Below are positions 1-14,543 of a DNA stretch of 64,000 nucleotides, piece by piece. The position numbers were made by a program, and so were the translations under genes. A model generated the notes under the pieces. That model did not search any database. It was not told the DNA's origin and saw nothing but the letters and a program-made list of their open reading frames with translations. The stretch is from the human T2T-CHM13v2.0 reference genome, Homo sapiens. The DNA lies in assembly GCF_009914755.1 (NCBI RefSeq), contig NC_060935.1; one strand, given 5' to 3'. Position 1 is the stretch's first letter, and each line of letters opens with the position of its first letter.

Positions 1-34
1 AGCAAGCAATATAACCTTTAGGCCTCAGAGCCCT

Positions 35-235
35 GTAATAATAGTACCTAGCGTTAATTGAGTGCTTAATGTGTGCCTGGAACCTCGCTAAGCGTTTTAG
101 TGAATGATCTTATTTCGTCCTCACAACAGCCTTATGGGGTAGATAGCATCTTACTCTTCTTACTATAGATCAGGAAACAGTCCAAAGAATTAAACTGCCC
201 AGGGTCAAAGACCTAGTGAATGACAAAGTAGGCCT
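35..235. mobile_element. MIR remnant
   Basis: MIR-like blocks: attgagtgcttaatgtgtgcc, tcctcacaacagcc, aactgcccagggtca. Confidence 0.6.
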
Positions 236-390
236 GCCTGCTGCCAGAGGCAGAAACACCTAACCATTATTCTGTAGCTTGTGATGTGTGATTGCTCAGT
301 GGTTTAGGGTTGCATGAATGAGTATGTACATATTATGTTACAGTCAAGATACACGGACTGGGAGTTAGGAGACCTGGCATTTCTCCTTTC

Positions 391-476
391 CTGGGTTTTC
401 TCATTGACACACACACACACACACACACACCTGGGCCTCAGTTTTCTCATTGACACACACACACACACACACACAC
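391..476. repeat. Duplicated (AC)12 microsatellite
   Basis: GTTTTCTCATTG(AC)12 at 395-430 and again at 441-476. Confidence 0.9.
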
Positions 477-909
477 TTTTAAGGAGAGAGAGAGTCTGTG
501 AGGGATCTTCAAGCCCTTAAGTTCTTAGCTTGAGAACCTGGTATAAACTTGCGTGCTAAGGAGCTACAGAGAGGCAAAAGTTCAGTTCCCATCCTCAAAC
601 AGCTCTTAGTCTGACAGGAGAACTGAGACTACTGCTTTAGCAGAAATGCAGGCAATGTGAGGGAAGAACTGTGGAGTAATTTTGAGAAGAGGTGAACACC
701 CCAGCTGCTATAGTAAGAGTCTTTCTGAGGACCGTGTAGTTAAGGTGGCACTTTCCCCAAGTTTTCATCACTGTATTCCCTAGAAGGGAAACCTTTCACA
801 TGCACCTTTCTCAAGGTGCTTCAGGGAGTCTTTCCTGGATTTGACATCCCTTACAAGCCTAAGAGACTGCATGCAGGGCTGGCTTTTGCCTTCTCCATTT
901 CTTTTTTAA

Positions 910-1403
<494 letters not shown>

Positions 1404-1563
1404 TGAGAAGGTTTTGGGGGTAAGGATATTAATTTCAGTTTGTAACATACAATAGAACACAGCAGTTAAACTGGAACTTCAGAGTCAAGTAGATCTGAAG
1501 TTGGATCTTGGTTCTGCCACTAAATGGCTGTGGGACCTCAGATAACTCAAATATTTTGTTTAA

Positions 1564-1858
<295 letters not shown>

Positions 1859-2491
1859 CTTGTTTAATCTTTCTGAGCTTTCATTTTCTTACCGGGAAAA
1901 TAAATATAAAGCTGTCCTTATCTTATAGAATGGTTGTAAGGATCCAATGAGATAGTTCAAGTAAATTGCTTGCACACAGTGTTTTCAATACATTTAGCTA
2001 TTAATATTTTACTGATTATCTACTGTTTGCCAGACTCTGGGATGGAGAGAGAAATAACATGAAGTATTTGTCCTCCAGGAGTCCCCTACACTCTAGTGAA
2101 GGAGAAAGACACCTAAACAGCTTACTGTAGTAACATATAATACAAAGGATATTAGAGGGATGCTTTAAGAAAGCAGGAGGGGCACTTGGCCCTGTCTGGG
2201 AGGCTTCTTTGAAAAGAGAGAATGTTTGTGCTGAATCTAAAATATGAGTAGGAGACCAGGTAGCCTTGTGAGATGGACCAGGGAAATATTCCTGACAAAG
2301 TGAATAGCATGAGCAAACACAGGCATGCTGACATGCTAAGCTACAGCTGTGGCCTGGGCCTTTGGAAGTAGTTGTAAGCATAGGAGAATCTTGAGGTTTT
2401 GAGGTTCAGAATAGAAGGCAGGGTCACAGGGCAGAACTCTCCCAATCAGGGACTCCCATCTCAGCCCTCCAGATCCTTCTGTTCTCCCTAG

Positions 2492-2710
<219 letters not shown>

Positions 2711-2752
2711 TAGTCTTGATGGATTGGCTGTTTGAGGTGGTCTCTTTCCTAG

Positions 2753-3004
<252 letters not shown>

Positions 3005-3130
3005 TAGCTTCATTTTTGTAACCTGGGGCAAGTTACTTGGTTTGACTGTAACTCAGTTTTCTCATCTTAAAATGGCAATAATAATAGCACTTTAATAGAT
3101 TTGTGGCTGGCATTAAATAATGTATGTGTA

Positions 3131-3412
3131 GGCTCACGCCTGTAATCCCAGCACTTTGGGAAGCCAAGACAGGAGGAGTGCTTGAGTCCAGGAGTTCGAG
3201 AACAGCCTAGGCAACATGGTGAAACCTCTTCTCTACAAAAAAATAGAAAAATTAACGGGGCATGGTGGTGCATTCCTGTGGTCCTGGCTGCTCAAGAGGC
3301 TGAGGTGGGAGGATCGCTTGAGCCTAGAAGGCGGAGGTTGCAGTGAGCCGAGATCACGCCACTGCTCTCCAGCCTGGGCAACAGAGTGAGACCCTGTCTC
3401 TAAATAAATAAA
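3131..3412 (+). mobile_element. Alu (AluJ-like)
   Basis: Alu consensus with a (TAAA)n tail. Confidence 0.9.
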
Positions 3413-3454
3413 TGATGTATGAAGCCTGCTGTATTGTAAAGGCTCAATTGATGC

Positions 3455-3755
3455 TGTGTGTGTGTGTGTGTGTCAGGGTCTCACTCTTGTCACCTAGGAT
3501 GGAGTGCAGTGGTGCGATCATGGCTCACTGCAGTCTTGACCGCCCAGGCTCAAGTAATCCTCCCACCTCTCAGCCCTCCGAGTAGCTGGGACTACAGGCA
3601 TGCACCAACATGCCCAGCAAATTTTTGTATTTTTTGTAGAGACGGGGTTTCTCCATGTTGCCCAAACTGGTCTCGAATTCCTGGGCTCAAGTCATCTGCC
3701 CGCCTCAGCTTCTCAAAAGTGCTGGGATTACAGGTGTGAGCCACCACACCTGGCC
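3455..3755 (-). mobile_element. Alu (AluJ-like) with (TG)n tail
   Basis: Reverse Alu preceded by a TG repeat. Confidence 0.9.
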
Positions 3756-4462
3756 AGTGTTATCCATTATTGTAATGATCATTTTAATGATCAAGGCAGC
3801 CTTGACGACACAGTCTGTCCCTAAAACCTGAAAGTAGAGGATTATTTTACCCTGCCCTGACTCTCTGGGAAGGCAGTGACGGGGAAGACACCAGATGCTT
3901 AGCCCTCAAAAATTACCTCTGAGGTGGGACCAGTAACGTGAATAAAGAATTTCAGTGGTGCTGCAGGTTATTTGCAGGAAGATAGTGTGTAATATTATCA
4001 CTCGTGAATTTTATAGCAAAGTAACTGTTTAGAAATGCAGAGATGTGGTGCTCCAGCCCTGCTCTTTTAGTTCCCAGTCACTCCTGCTGTGTTAGTGCTT
4101 TGCATGCTCCTATTTCCCTCTTGGGCTACTTCTGGGCAGGGCTATCTCCCTCGCTTCTCCCTTTCACCCCACTCCTGCTATCTGCCTCACCTGGTTTGCC
4201 TCTTCACTCTAGCACCTGATGATCCTTACCTTATCCATTTGATCCCCAAGTAACAAGAAAAGCTGTGTCAAATGTACTACTTTAGATCTGGACTGTGAAT
4301 ATGCCAAGGGCACCGGGCCTGAGGTTGTGTATCTGCCAGTTTAGGTTTACTCTTTTCAGCCACCGACTACTCCCTAATCCTGGGCAAATGCTTACCATTA
4401 CCTTGTAAGAGTGTGTGGGTGGGTGAGCAGTCAGTTCGGAGCTCCTGATGTGGGAGTGGTGA

Positions 4463-4885
<423 letters not shown>

Positions 4886-4944
4886 CTCCAGGGAACGCAT
4901 GTGGATCCTAGACAGCGCCTTATCTATGATTGAGTGTCCGTGTA

Positions 4945-4950
4945 AATAAA
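4945..4950 (+). terminator. NDUFS3: NDUFS3 polyadenylation signal
   Basis: AATAAA about 60 nt after the stop, with a GT-rich tract (tttgtgtgtg) downstream. Confidence 0.85.
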
Positions 4951-5083
4951 TTCCTACTTAGACTTACCACTTTGTGTGTGCTTGTAATGTGGAGAAGTGA
5001 TGCTTTGGGGGGGACACAGGCAGGCAGGGGTGTTTCCCTGCTCTCTTAGAGAGGCACTACTAAACCAGGGAGTCTTTGATGGG

Positions 5084-6482
<1,399 letters not shown>

Positions 6483-7172
6483 CTGAATTAAGAATGTTGC
6501 TAGGAAACAAGAGGTCCCAGGGCTGGGGCAAAAACCACTCAGGAGCTGCAGATTTGTCTGTCTGCCAGGGGACAATACGCCCTAGCCCAGCTGATCTGTC
6601 TGTCCAGCCTGCGGCAGAGTGCCTGAGAGGGGAGTGCTTGGCTCTGCCTGTCTGTGGGGCCGCCCAGCCAGCCCACCATGCAGTTGGAAGACTTTGCAGC
6701 TGATGCTTTTGGCAGCTGAGGGGCTCCTTGGAGGCTGGGCTGGGCCAGACTGGGTGTCGGGGCCGGCCTCAGTCGCAGGATATTTTGAGGGCGCAGACAG
6801 TAAGATGGTCTTACTGCCTGAGCTCTTTCCTACCCTTTGGGAGGGCCAAGCTACAGCTATTTGCTACCAAACACCTTTTTCCTATTAACTAAGCATACCG
6901 CCCAGCTGGGCAGGAACAGGCTGAGGGCCTGACAAGCAGGGAGCCAGGCTCCTGCCAACAACCAAAGATTCCCCATTTCTAAAGGATGGAAAGAGCCCCT
7001 GGGAGGTGACCGAGGCCACAGCCAGCCCCTCCCTGTTCAGCACTGAAGAATGACACGCATTACAGAGCTCTGGAGCAGCCCGCAGTGGAAAGTTGGAGCT
7101 GAGGTGTGTGGCAGGCAGATGAGGGAGCAGAGAACTGCTGAACAGAGTGAGACTCAGAGGACGTGGTTGAGC

Positions 7173-7257
7173 ATGGCTGCGACCCTGCAGTTCCTGGTTT
7201 GCCTGGTGGTAGCCATTTGTCTCCTCTCTGGTGTGACTACAACCCAGCCCCATGCAG
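7173..7257 (+). CDS. FAM180B: FAM180B exon 1 (signal peptide)
   Basis: Strong Kozak agcATGg; MAATLQFLVCLVVAICLLSGVTTTQPHA has a hydrophobic signal-like core; G|gtacca donor (phase 1). Confidence 0.88.
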
Positions 7258-7591
7258 GTACCAGGCTTCAGGGTGGGTGGAGAGGAGCCAAGGCTGCTGG
7301 CTGACAGCAGTTAACAGTTGGCTCTATTTGAGGCTAGTCGGGCATAGAAGCGTGGGCATGGTGGGTACCAGGCTGATGTGTGCTGTGGTGGGTGACAGTG
7401 TGGGCCCCACCCCCAGAACTGGAAAGGTACAGGTGACACCTAGGGAGATAGCCCTAGGTGCTCTTAATGCTGGCCCTGGGCTCATTCCCACTGATGCCCA
7501 AAGCAGGGTCTCTTGACCTGCCTGGGCTTGGAACAAACATTGCAAGGGTGAGGCAACACCCCAAGGTGTGGGCCGGACGGAGCTGCCACAG

Positions 7592-7682
7592 ACATCCTCC
7601 CCTGCTCTGTCCTCCCTGCCTCACATCCTCCCCTGCCCCGTCCTCCCTGCCTCACATCCTCCCCTGCTCTGTCCTCCCTGCC
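7592..7682. repeat. 31-bp minisatellite, ~3 copies, FAM180B intron 1
   Basis: ACATCCTCCCCTGCYCYGTCCTCCCTGCCTC starting at 7592, 7623 and 7654. Confidence 0.9.
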
Positions 7683-8154
7683 CTGTCTTCCTCCTCCCTC
7701 CCTTACTGCTGAGGAGGAGCAGGGAGAGTAGGCTCTTTCCAAAGAGGTCTTTGTCCTTGGGAGAGTCACTGGCACTGTTTTAGGTGACTTTATCCTCAGA
7801 TGACTATAGGGAGGGGAGGAGGGTGGGGAAGGGTCTTGTGACCCGTTGGCCTGGAGCTCTTTAACAAGGGCATTGTGCAATTTAAAGGAGGTGTCCTGGG
7901 CATTTGCCAACATGGTAACTGGGCTTGGAATGATGCTTTTGAGATCAGAGGACCTATGCCTGGGAGGGTGAATGTCAATGTGCATGTGTGTGCGTGAGAG
8001 GGAGGGGAAAGGAGGGCATGGGATGGCATTCCTGCCCTTTTGTAGAATGATGAAGCACTCGGGACCTCTACCAGGCAGCAGAGGGGCACTTCTGGGAGGC
8101 TGGGGTGTTCATGGTGTAGCATGGCAGGGGCCTGACTCCTCTCTGCTGCCCCAG

Positions 8155-8225
8155 GGCAGCCCATGGACAGCACCAGCGTGGGAGGTGGCCTGCAGGAGCC
8201 AGAGGCCCCGGAAGTGATGTTTGAG
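8155..8225 (+). CDS. FAM180B: FAM180B exon 2
   Basis: ctgccccag|GG CAG CCC ATG...GAG|gtcttt; (G)QPMDSTSVGGGLQEPEAPEVMFE; frame consistent with exons 1 and 3. Confidence 0.85.
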
Positions 8226-8442
8226 GTCTTTCCTCCCAGCCTGGGACATGGGGGTGGGCACGTCCAGAGGTCCCTAAGCTCAGGGTTGGGAAGGGGGATG
8301 TCTCAGGGTGGACCTGCTAGGGTTGGGTGGGGCAAGCCAGCATGCGTCCTGCTGCCTGCTTCTGCCCCTTCCCCCAGCCCACTCTTGCTCCCTGCCCTGC
8401 TCCCCAGGCCACAGCCCACCCCTTACATGGCTCCCCTTGCAG

Positions 8443-8838
8443 CTGCTCTGGGCTGGGCTGGAGCTGGATGTCATGGGGCAGCTGCACATCCAGGATGAGG
8501 AACTAGCGTCCACACACCCAGGCCGCCGACTCAGACTCCTCCTGCAGCACCACGTGCCCAGTGACTTGGAGGGCACTGAGCAGTGGCTGCAGCAGCTCCA
8601 GGACCTGCGGAAGGGGCCTCCTCTTAGCACTTGGGACTTTGAACATCTGCTCCTCACAGGCCTGTCCTGCGTCTACCGGCTCCACGCAGCTAGTGAGGCT
8701 GAGGAACGGGGCCGCTGGACCCAGGTCTTCGCTCTCCTGGCACAGGAAACACTCTGGGACCTGTGCAAAGGTTTCTGCCCCCAGGACCGGCCCCCTTCCC
8801 TGGGGTCCTGGGCCTCCATCCTTGACCCCTTCCCCTGA
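8443..8838 (+). CDS. FAM180B: FAM180B exon 3 (FAM180 domain, last coding exon)
   Basis: ccccttgcag|CTG CTC TGG; LLWAGLELDVMGQLHIQDEELAS...ILDPFP, stop TGA; spliced total 552 nt = 183 aa. Confidence 0.92.
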   Translation: MLWAGLELDVMGQLHIQDEELASTHPGRRLRLLLQHHVPSDLEGTEQWLQQLQDLRKGPPLSTWDFEHLLLTGLSCVYRLHAASEAEERGRWTQVFALLAQETLWDLCKGFCPQDRPPSLGSWASILDPFP

Positions 8839-9111
8839 CCCTCCTCTTTTGTTCTTTCACCTGCCATTACCCCCTCCCATCTCCTCCTCAACCCCCCAGG
8901 CAGACCCATCTTGCGCAGGGGCTTCTGTCTGGCATCTGATTCTTTTCACCGTGTTCAGATCTCTGGGCTTGGCTTGCACCCTGGACACCCCCTCTCTGCT
9001 TACCCCGACCAGATCTTGTTTCCTAGATCTTGAGAGGCTAAGAACCCAGGCTCTGGGTCGCAAGGAGTGCGCAAGGAGTGGGCACAGAGCTAAGGGCACG
9101 ACTTGCAGGCA

Positions 9112-9152
9112 GTGTGTGTGTGAGAGTGTGTGTGTGTGTGTGTGTGTGTGTG
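9112..9152. repeat. (TG)n microsatellite downstream of the FAM180B stop
   Basis: GT dinucleotide run interrupted by GAGA. Confidence 0.9.
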
Positions 9153-9569
9153 GAGATCAGGGGTCAGGGTTGAGAAGTGTGTTCAAGAGATGCTGAAGGG
9201 AAGCTGCCCCAAGTAAGGCCTGGTCAGACCTTCCAACTCCTACCCTGGCAGTCTGTGACAGGTCCTGTGGAATTCACAGGAATCCTCTAGGTGCTGAGCA
9301 TCCCCTTTTAGGCACAACCAAGGATTTGGGGTCTCTGAGCCTCCAAGTTCCCATCTGGGTTGGGAGAATCGACTTTTTGAGTTCTGTCAGTTGGAAGAGT
9401 GGAGGGAAGCAGGGGGAGGGAGGAACATTATCTCTTTTGGGGTAGGGAGGCAATATCTCAACAAGCGTCGGGTGAATACCTCAGAGGGGGGAGTAAGGCT
9501 GGGAGACCAAGGAGAGACAAGCGGAGGTGGGCTGGAGCAGGTGTGGCCCTGATTCTGTGTTGCTCTTCT

Positions 9570-9575
9570 CATAAA
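9570..9575 (+). terminator. FAM180B: Probable FAM180B variant poly(A) signal
   Basis: CATAAA followed by GT-rich sequence; I saw no canonical AATAAA on + between the stop and C1QTNF4. Confidence 0.45.
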
Positions 9576-10097
9576 ATGTTCTGTTTCGGCCTCCTGGAGC
9601 CTGTGTCATTCTATGTCGGAATAAGCGTCTAACCCCTGCTCTGGGCAAATCACTCTCCCCATCCCGGGAAGGCAAGAGTCAGGGCAACCAGGTATCAACT
9701 CCTCATCTCATTCCCACGCCCTGCTGGAAGAAGGAATGCACTGTTTCCTTGAATCCCATGCACCCTGTGGGGTAATGGGGTGCTGTTCCTTGTCACAGAA
9801 AGGCATCAGCCGGGGGCTAAGGCTGAGGTCGTAGGTCAATGATGAGTCAGAGGGCTAGACGAGGTAGGGATATAAAAGGGAGGCCCCCAACGGACTAGGC
9901 GAATGTGGTTCCATCAAATTCCCACCTCCTCACCCTCCCAGGGTCCAAGGGGACCTTGCTTTCCAACCTCCAACCCCTTCCCCGGGCCTGCGGGCCCGCA
10001 GTAGTCAGCACCTTCCCGCCTGCCGCCGGCGAATGCGTCGCAGTCAAGACAGCGCAGGGGCCTGGGCTGCCGGGCGCTGCGCGTGCCCGCTTTCCGC

Positions 10098-10103
10098 TTT
10101 ATT
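10098..10103 (-). terminator. C1QTNF4: C1QTNF4 polyadenylation signal
   Basis: AATAAA on the minus strand about 115 nt after the stop. Confidence 0.85.
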
Positions 10104-10216
10104 GGCAGAGTCCAGGCGCGCCCGGAGGCCGTGGCGCTCGCGCGGGACTTTCGAGCCTCGGGCCCGGCCTGGCATGCACGCCCCTGGCCCTCCCGGGCTC
10201 TTCTCTGGCCCGGGGC

Positions 10217-11206
10217 TCACAGTAGCTCCGAGGCCCCGAGGCCCGGCGGGGCGGCGGGGGCGAGGTCGGGGTACACCAGGAAGCCGGAGAAGGTGATGTA
10301 CTTGCCGTGGTTGCTGTAGGCGCCGTAGCCGTCGTGGTCGTGGCTGAGCAGCCAGACGGCGTCGCCGCGCCGCAGGGCCAGCATCACGCTCTGGCTCTGC
10401 ATCTCGCGGCGCCGCGACGCGCCGTCGTCGTAAATCATGGCCTGCACCTCGTCGCGGTTCTTCATCAGCTTAACCGACAGCGTCTTACGCGGCAGCTTGC
10501 CCAGCGTGAAGGAGAAGAAGTAGGCGCCGGGCAGACGGCAGCGGAACACGCCGGCCGCCGCGTCGAAGTCGCCGCCAATGTTGACGAACTCGGTGTCGAA
10601 GGCGAGTGGTTGGTGCCGCGGCCCGGGGCCAGCGTCCGAGCCCACCAAGCTGCGCGTGCGCGCCGCCGAGAAGGCCGAGCGCGGCTCGGGGGGCGCGGGC
10701 GGCCCGCGCGCAGGCGCGTCAGCGTCGGCGTCGGCGTAGACTAGGTAGCCGCTGAAGGTGGCGCCGGGCGCGCCTAGCGCGTACTGCGGGGCGCCATGCA
10801 GCCGCAGCCACACTGTGTCGCCGTAGTCGAGCTGCAGCATGGCGCTCTGGCTGGCTGCGCGCCGCGCGCCTGGCCGCCGCTGCTCGTCGAAGGCCAGCGC
10901 CTGCACCTCGTCGCGGTTTCGCACCAGCATCACCGACAGGCTCTTGTGCGGGGCCTTGCCAGCCGTGAAGGAGAAGAAGTAGGCGCCGGGCACGCGGCAG
11001 CGAAACTGGCCGGTGGCCACATCGAAGTCGCCCCCGATGTTCACGTACACCTTGTCGAAGGTCACCGCCATCTCCGACGTGCCCTCCAGGGGGGTGGTGC
11101 GTGCCGCCGAGAAGGCCGAGCGCAGCTCAGAGGATCCCGGGCCGGGGGTCGGGCCCAGGGCCCAGCAGGCCGCTGGGCCCAGCAGGCCCAGCAGAAGCGG
11201 CAGCAT
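10217..11206 (-). CDS. C1QTNF4: C1q and TNF related protein 4 (CTRP4): signal peptide plus two tandem C1q domains, no collagen stalk
   Basis: gcgccATG at 11206, just after acceptor ctccctcccag (AG at 11213-11212); [18 protein letters not shown]...; two AFSAART...[14 protein letters not shown]...FSG[YF]LVY repeats; 329 aa. Confidence 0.97.
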   Translation of the reverse strand: MLPLLLGLLGPAACWALGPTPGPGSSELRSAFSAARTTPLEGTSEMAVTFDKVYVNIGGDFDVATGQFRCRVPGAYFFSFTAGKAPHKSLSVMLVRNRDEVQALAFDEQRRPGARRAASQSAMLQLDYGDTVWLRLHGAPQYALGAPGATFSGYLVYADADADAPARGPPAPPEPRSAFSAARTRSLVGSDAGPGPRHQPLAFDTEFVNIGGDFDAAAGVFRCRLPGAYFFSFTLGKLPRKTLSVKLMKNRDEVQAMIYDDGASRRREMQSQSVMLALRRGDAVWLLSHDHDGYGAYSNHGKYITFSGFLVYPDLAPAAPPGLGASELL

Positions 11207-11384
11207 GGCGCCTGGGAGGGAGACGGAGGGGCGAGAGTGGAGTGTTGGCAGGGGCGGCTTCCAAACGCCCGGCTCTCCACCGGGAGACAAGGGTTCTCTT
11301 CCCAGCCCTGCCCTTGACCCACAAGTAGGTTTCAATTTTCCTACATCCTTGGATTCTCAAACTCTAGCGAGCCTCACTGTCACT

Positions 11385-11471
11385 TGGAGGGCGTGTTCAA
11401 ACATACATAGTTGGGCCCCATCACCAGAGTTCATTCAGTAGGTCTGTGATGGGCCTGATAATTTGCATTTC
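11385..11471. mobile_element. MER5A-like DNA transposon fragment
   Basis: gggccccatcaccagagttcattcagtaggtctg...gggcctgataatttgcatttc resembles MER5A. Confidence 0.55.
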
Positions 11472-12084
<613 letters not shown>

Positions 12085-13459
12085 AAACCCCTTTCTTAAG
12101 TGAAAGCTTGAACACAGACTAGCAGAAACACTCTGGTTAAAGAGGCCTACAGCCCTGTCTGCTGGGCTTGCCCCTACACCTCCCATTTGACACTCAGGGG
12201 CCCTGGTAACCCGGGGGATTCAGGGGAGTCTCTGAGTTCCCCTCAGCTCCAGTTGGCTGCATTTTCCTGTGGTTATTTTATGGTCCTTGGTCTGCCACTC
12301 ACGCAGGCACTGGCTCTCTGTGTCAACGCTCTGCATGACCGTTACTGTTTAAGCCCCATCTGAGCAGGAAAGGAAATCGCTGCTCCCTGACCCCTTTCCT
12401 GGCCTCACCAGGGGCCCTTCCTGCACAGAGGAGGCGAGAACAGTTGGGCTTTGAGGTAGCTTCCTCCCCCTTGAAATCAGAGTAAAAGAGAAGGTGACTC
12501 CTTTCTCTTTGCTTGGAGGCTGGTTACTCAGAAGAAGGAGTGGCGAGCCAGGGGCTACTGGGGATGGACAGGGACAGCAACAATTCCAGCAGGGCTTTGG
12601 CAAGGCTGTGAAGTCAGCAGCTTTGTTCCTTGGGAGTGATGGATTGGAGAGGACAGATAGCCAGATCTGGGTTCAGGTCCTGGCTCTACCACTCACACTG
12701 TGAAACCTTGGGCAGGTTCCCTAACTTCTCTGGGCATGGCTTCCTCCATGTAAATGGGGAAGAGACCTCACACACAGGCTTGCTGTGGGGGTGTGCTGAG
12801 ATAGGTGTGAACATGGTTTGTCAACGGCAGTGCTGAGGTGTGCAGATGCTTCTGTCGGTTGCCCTGACAAAAGTGATCTGGTCCAGTTCTTGACGTAAGG
12901 GTTTAGGGACTCAGTCACTCCTACCCCTGAGAGCTTGGTGAAGGCACTGCTTAACTCAAAGGAGTCACTCTCTGATGTAGGGATTCCATCCTGCTTCCTA
13001 GTAGGGCACGTGCTTTGGGGCTTGAATACCCAAAAGCCCTGATGTGGAAACAAAACAGGAAAGAAATGAGCTGGAGACAGCCTGGGATGTGGGCTGCTTT
13101 AGAAAATGCCCTGTATGTGTAGCTCTGTGTCTCTTAGAGACAGCAGGGACCTGCTGAGAAGGGTTGTCAGGTGTAGATGTGCAGAACGTCCCAGCTAGAA
13201 TCTAGCTCACACTCCACATGTTAGAGCAGCACCTGGCGTAAAGTATGCCACCTTCTCATTCTCATACTAAAGACCCCAAGTTGCTAGCCAACTGAATGCT
13301 GTCTCCTTCCAGAGGAGGTGCTTTTTGTAATTCTCACAAAGGTGTCCTATGGATTAGTTAGGTGTCCCTTGGTTAGGACAGGGAGGAGGGAAGGGGCCAT
13401 CCACAGTGGTGAAGATGGCACCTCACAAGTGTCCAGTGCATTCCCTTTTACAAAGTTCT

Positions 13460-13625
13460 TTTAGACACATGGTCTTGGCAAACCTACAAGACAGGTGGGC
13501 CGTCTCCCATTTTATAGATGAGAAAGCTGAGGCCCAACAAGGGAAAGCATTTTGGCCCAAGGTCACCCATGGAGCACTGAGGTTTTTTGACTCAAATTCC
13601 GTATGCCTTCCTGTCACTCTTCCCT
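13460..13625. mobile_element. MIR remnant
   Basis: cccattttatagatgagaaagctgaggccc...ggcccaaggtcacc MIR core. Confidence 0.7.
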
Positions 13626-14543
13626 CCTAGACACAGGTATGTCCAGCCAATTTGTTCTGTGCCTCAGTTTACCTTTTTGCAAAACTAGGAGAGGAGATCA
13701 GAGGAATGAGTCTTGGGATCCAGGGTGAGGAAGACAGAAAGCAAAACCAAACAAAAGCAAGCAAACACATTCTCTAGTGTTTTGTCTTCTGGGAACACGG
13801 AAAACAGCTCAGCTTTTCCATACCGCTGCTTTCCTAGTGGGTCCTGCCCCAGAAGCAGCTGCCCAGCAACCTCCTGACCAAGGCTGGTGCACCCCACCAG
13901 TGCCAAGGGTCTTCCTGTGCACCCAGTACCCAGCCTCCGTTTCACCCACACTGCCCAATTCCCAGATCCCTGGATCCTCGTCCTTCCCTGAACCCCCTTC
14001 CCTGAGCAGGTCAGAGGTGTGGGAGGGTGTGTCAGGTGGGTGTCATAGCTCCAGGGAAGGAAATGGCTGTTCCTGGCTCTGTCCAGGTGGGGCTCAAAAT
14101 AGTCATCTTCAAAGAGAAAAACTGGGACACAGAGCTGGAGAGACCCAGAGCCCCGGAGCCAAGGCGGGAGGTGCAGCGATGTCAGGCTGAGGGGATCGCA
14201 GAGTTCCCCCTTGCCCTGCCACTCACCAGTTAACCCTTCCCTCAAGCCCTGCCAGAGCCCCCTCCCCAACCTACCTTGAAAGCCCCTCATCCTTCCAAGA
14301 AGTCCCACTTTCACAGAAGCCAATTAATCCTTATTTTTAAAAAACAAAAACCAATCCCTCTCCCCCGAGACCTTCCCTCCATCCATCCATCCCTTTGGAA
14401 TGAAAGCCCTTGTGCCTGTTTCACGAAAAGGCTCCCAGGTCCTCCTTTCAAGGAAAAAGGACCCAATTTCCCCGCGCCTCCCCAGCCCCCGCTTCCAGTA
14501 AAGGGGGAACCTCGGCTCCCTGCCTCCCCTCAGCTGCCCTCAC

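Larger units (their letters stand above)
9980..11290. promoter_or_regulatory. Gene-body CpG island over C1QTNF4 coding exon
   Basis: Very high GC content with dense unmutated CpGs. Confidence 0.85.

Noticed and set aside
8155-8175. REST/NRSE-like CCATGGACAGCACC in FAM180B exon 2
   Set aside because: Only the right half-site matches at correct spacing, and it is explained by coding sequence.
8561-9196. 211-aa alternative-frame ORF overlapping FAM180B exon 3
   Set aside because: Non-ATG start, low complexity, runs into a TG microsatellite.
11207-11335. 43-aa N-terminal extension of the C1QTNF4 ORF (372 aa in the track)
   Set aside because: Lies upstream of the splice acceptor at 11213-11212, so it is intronic; the signal peptide begins at ATG 11206.
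9905-11441. Several long plus-strand ORFs over C1QTNF4
   Set aside because: Antisense shadows of a very GC-rich coding exon with few stops; no recognisable protein.
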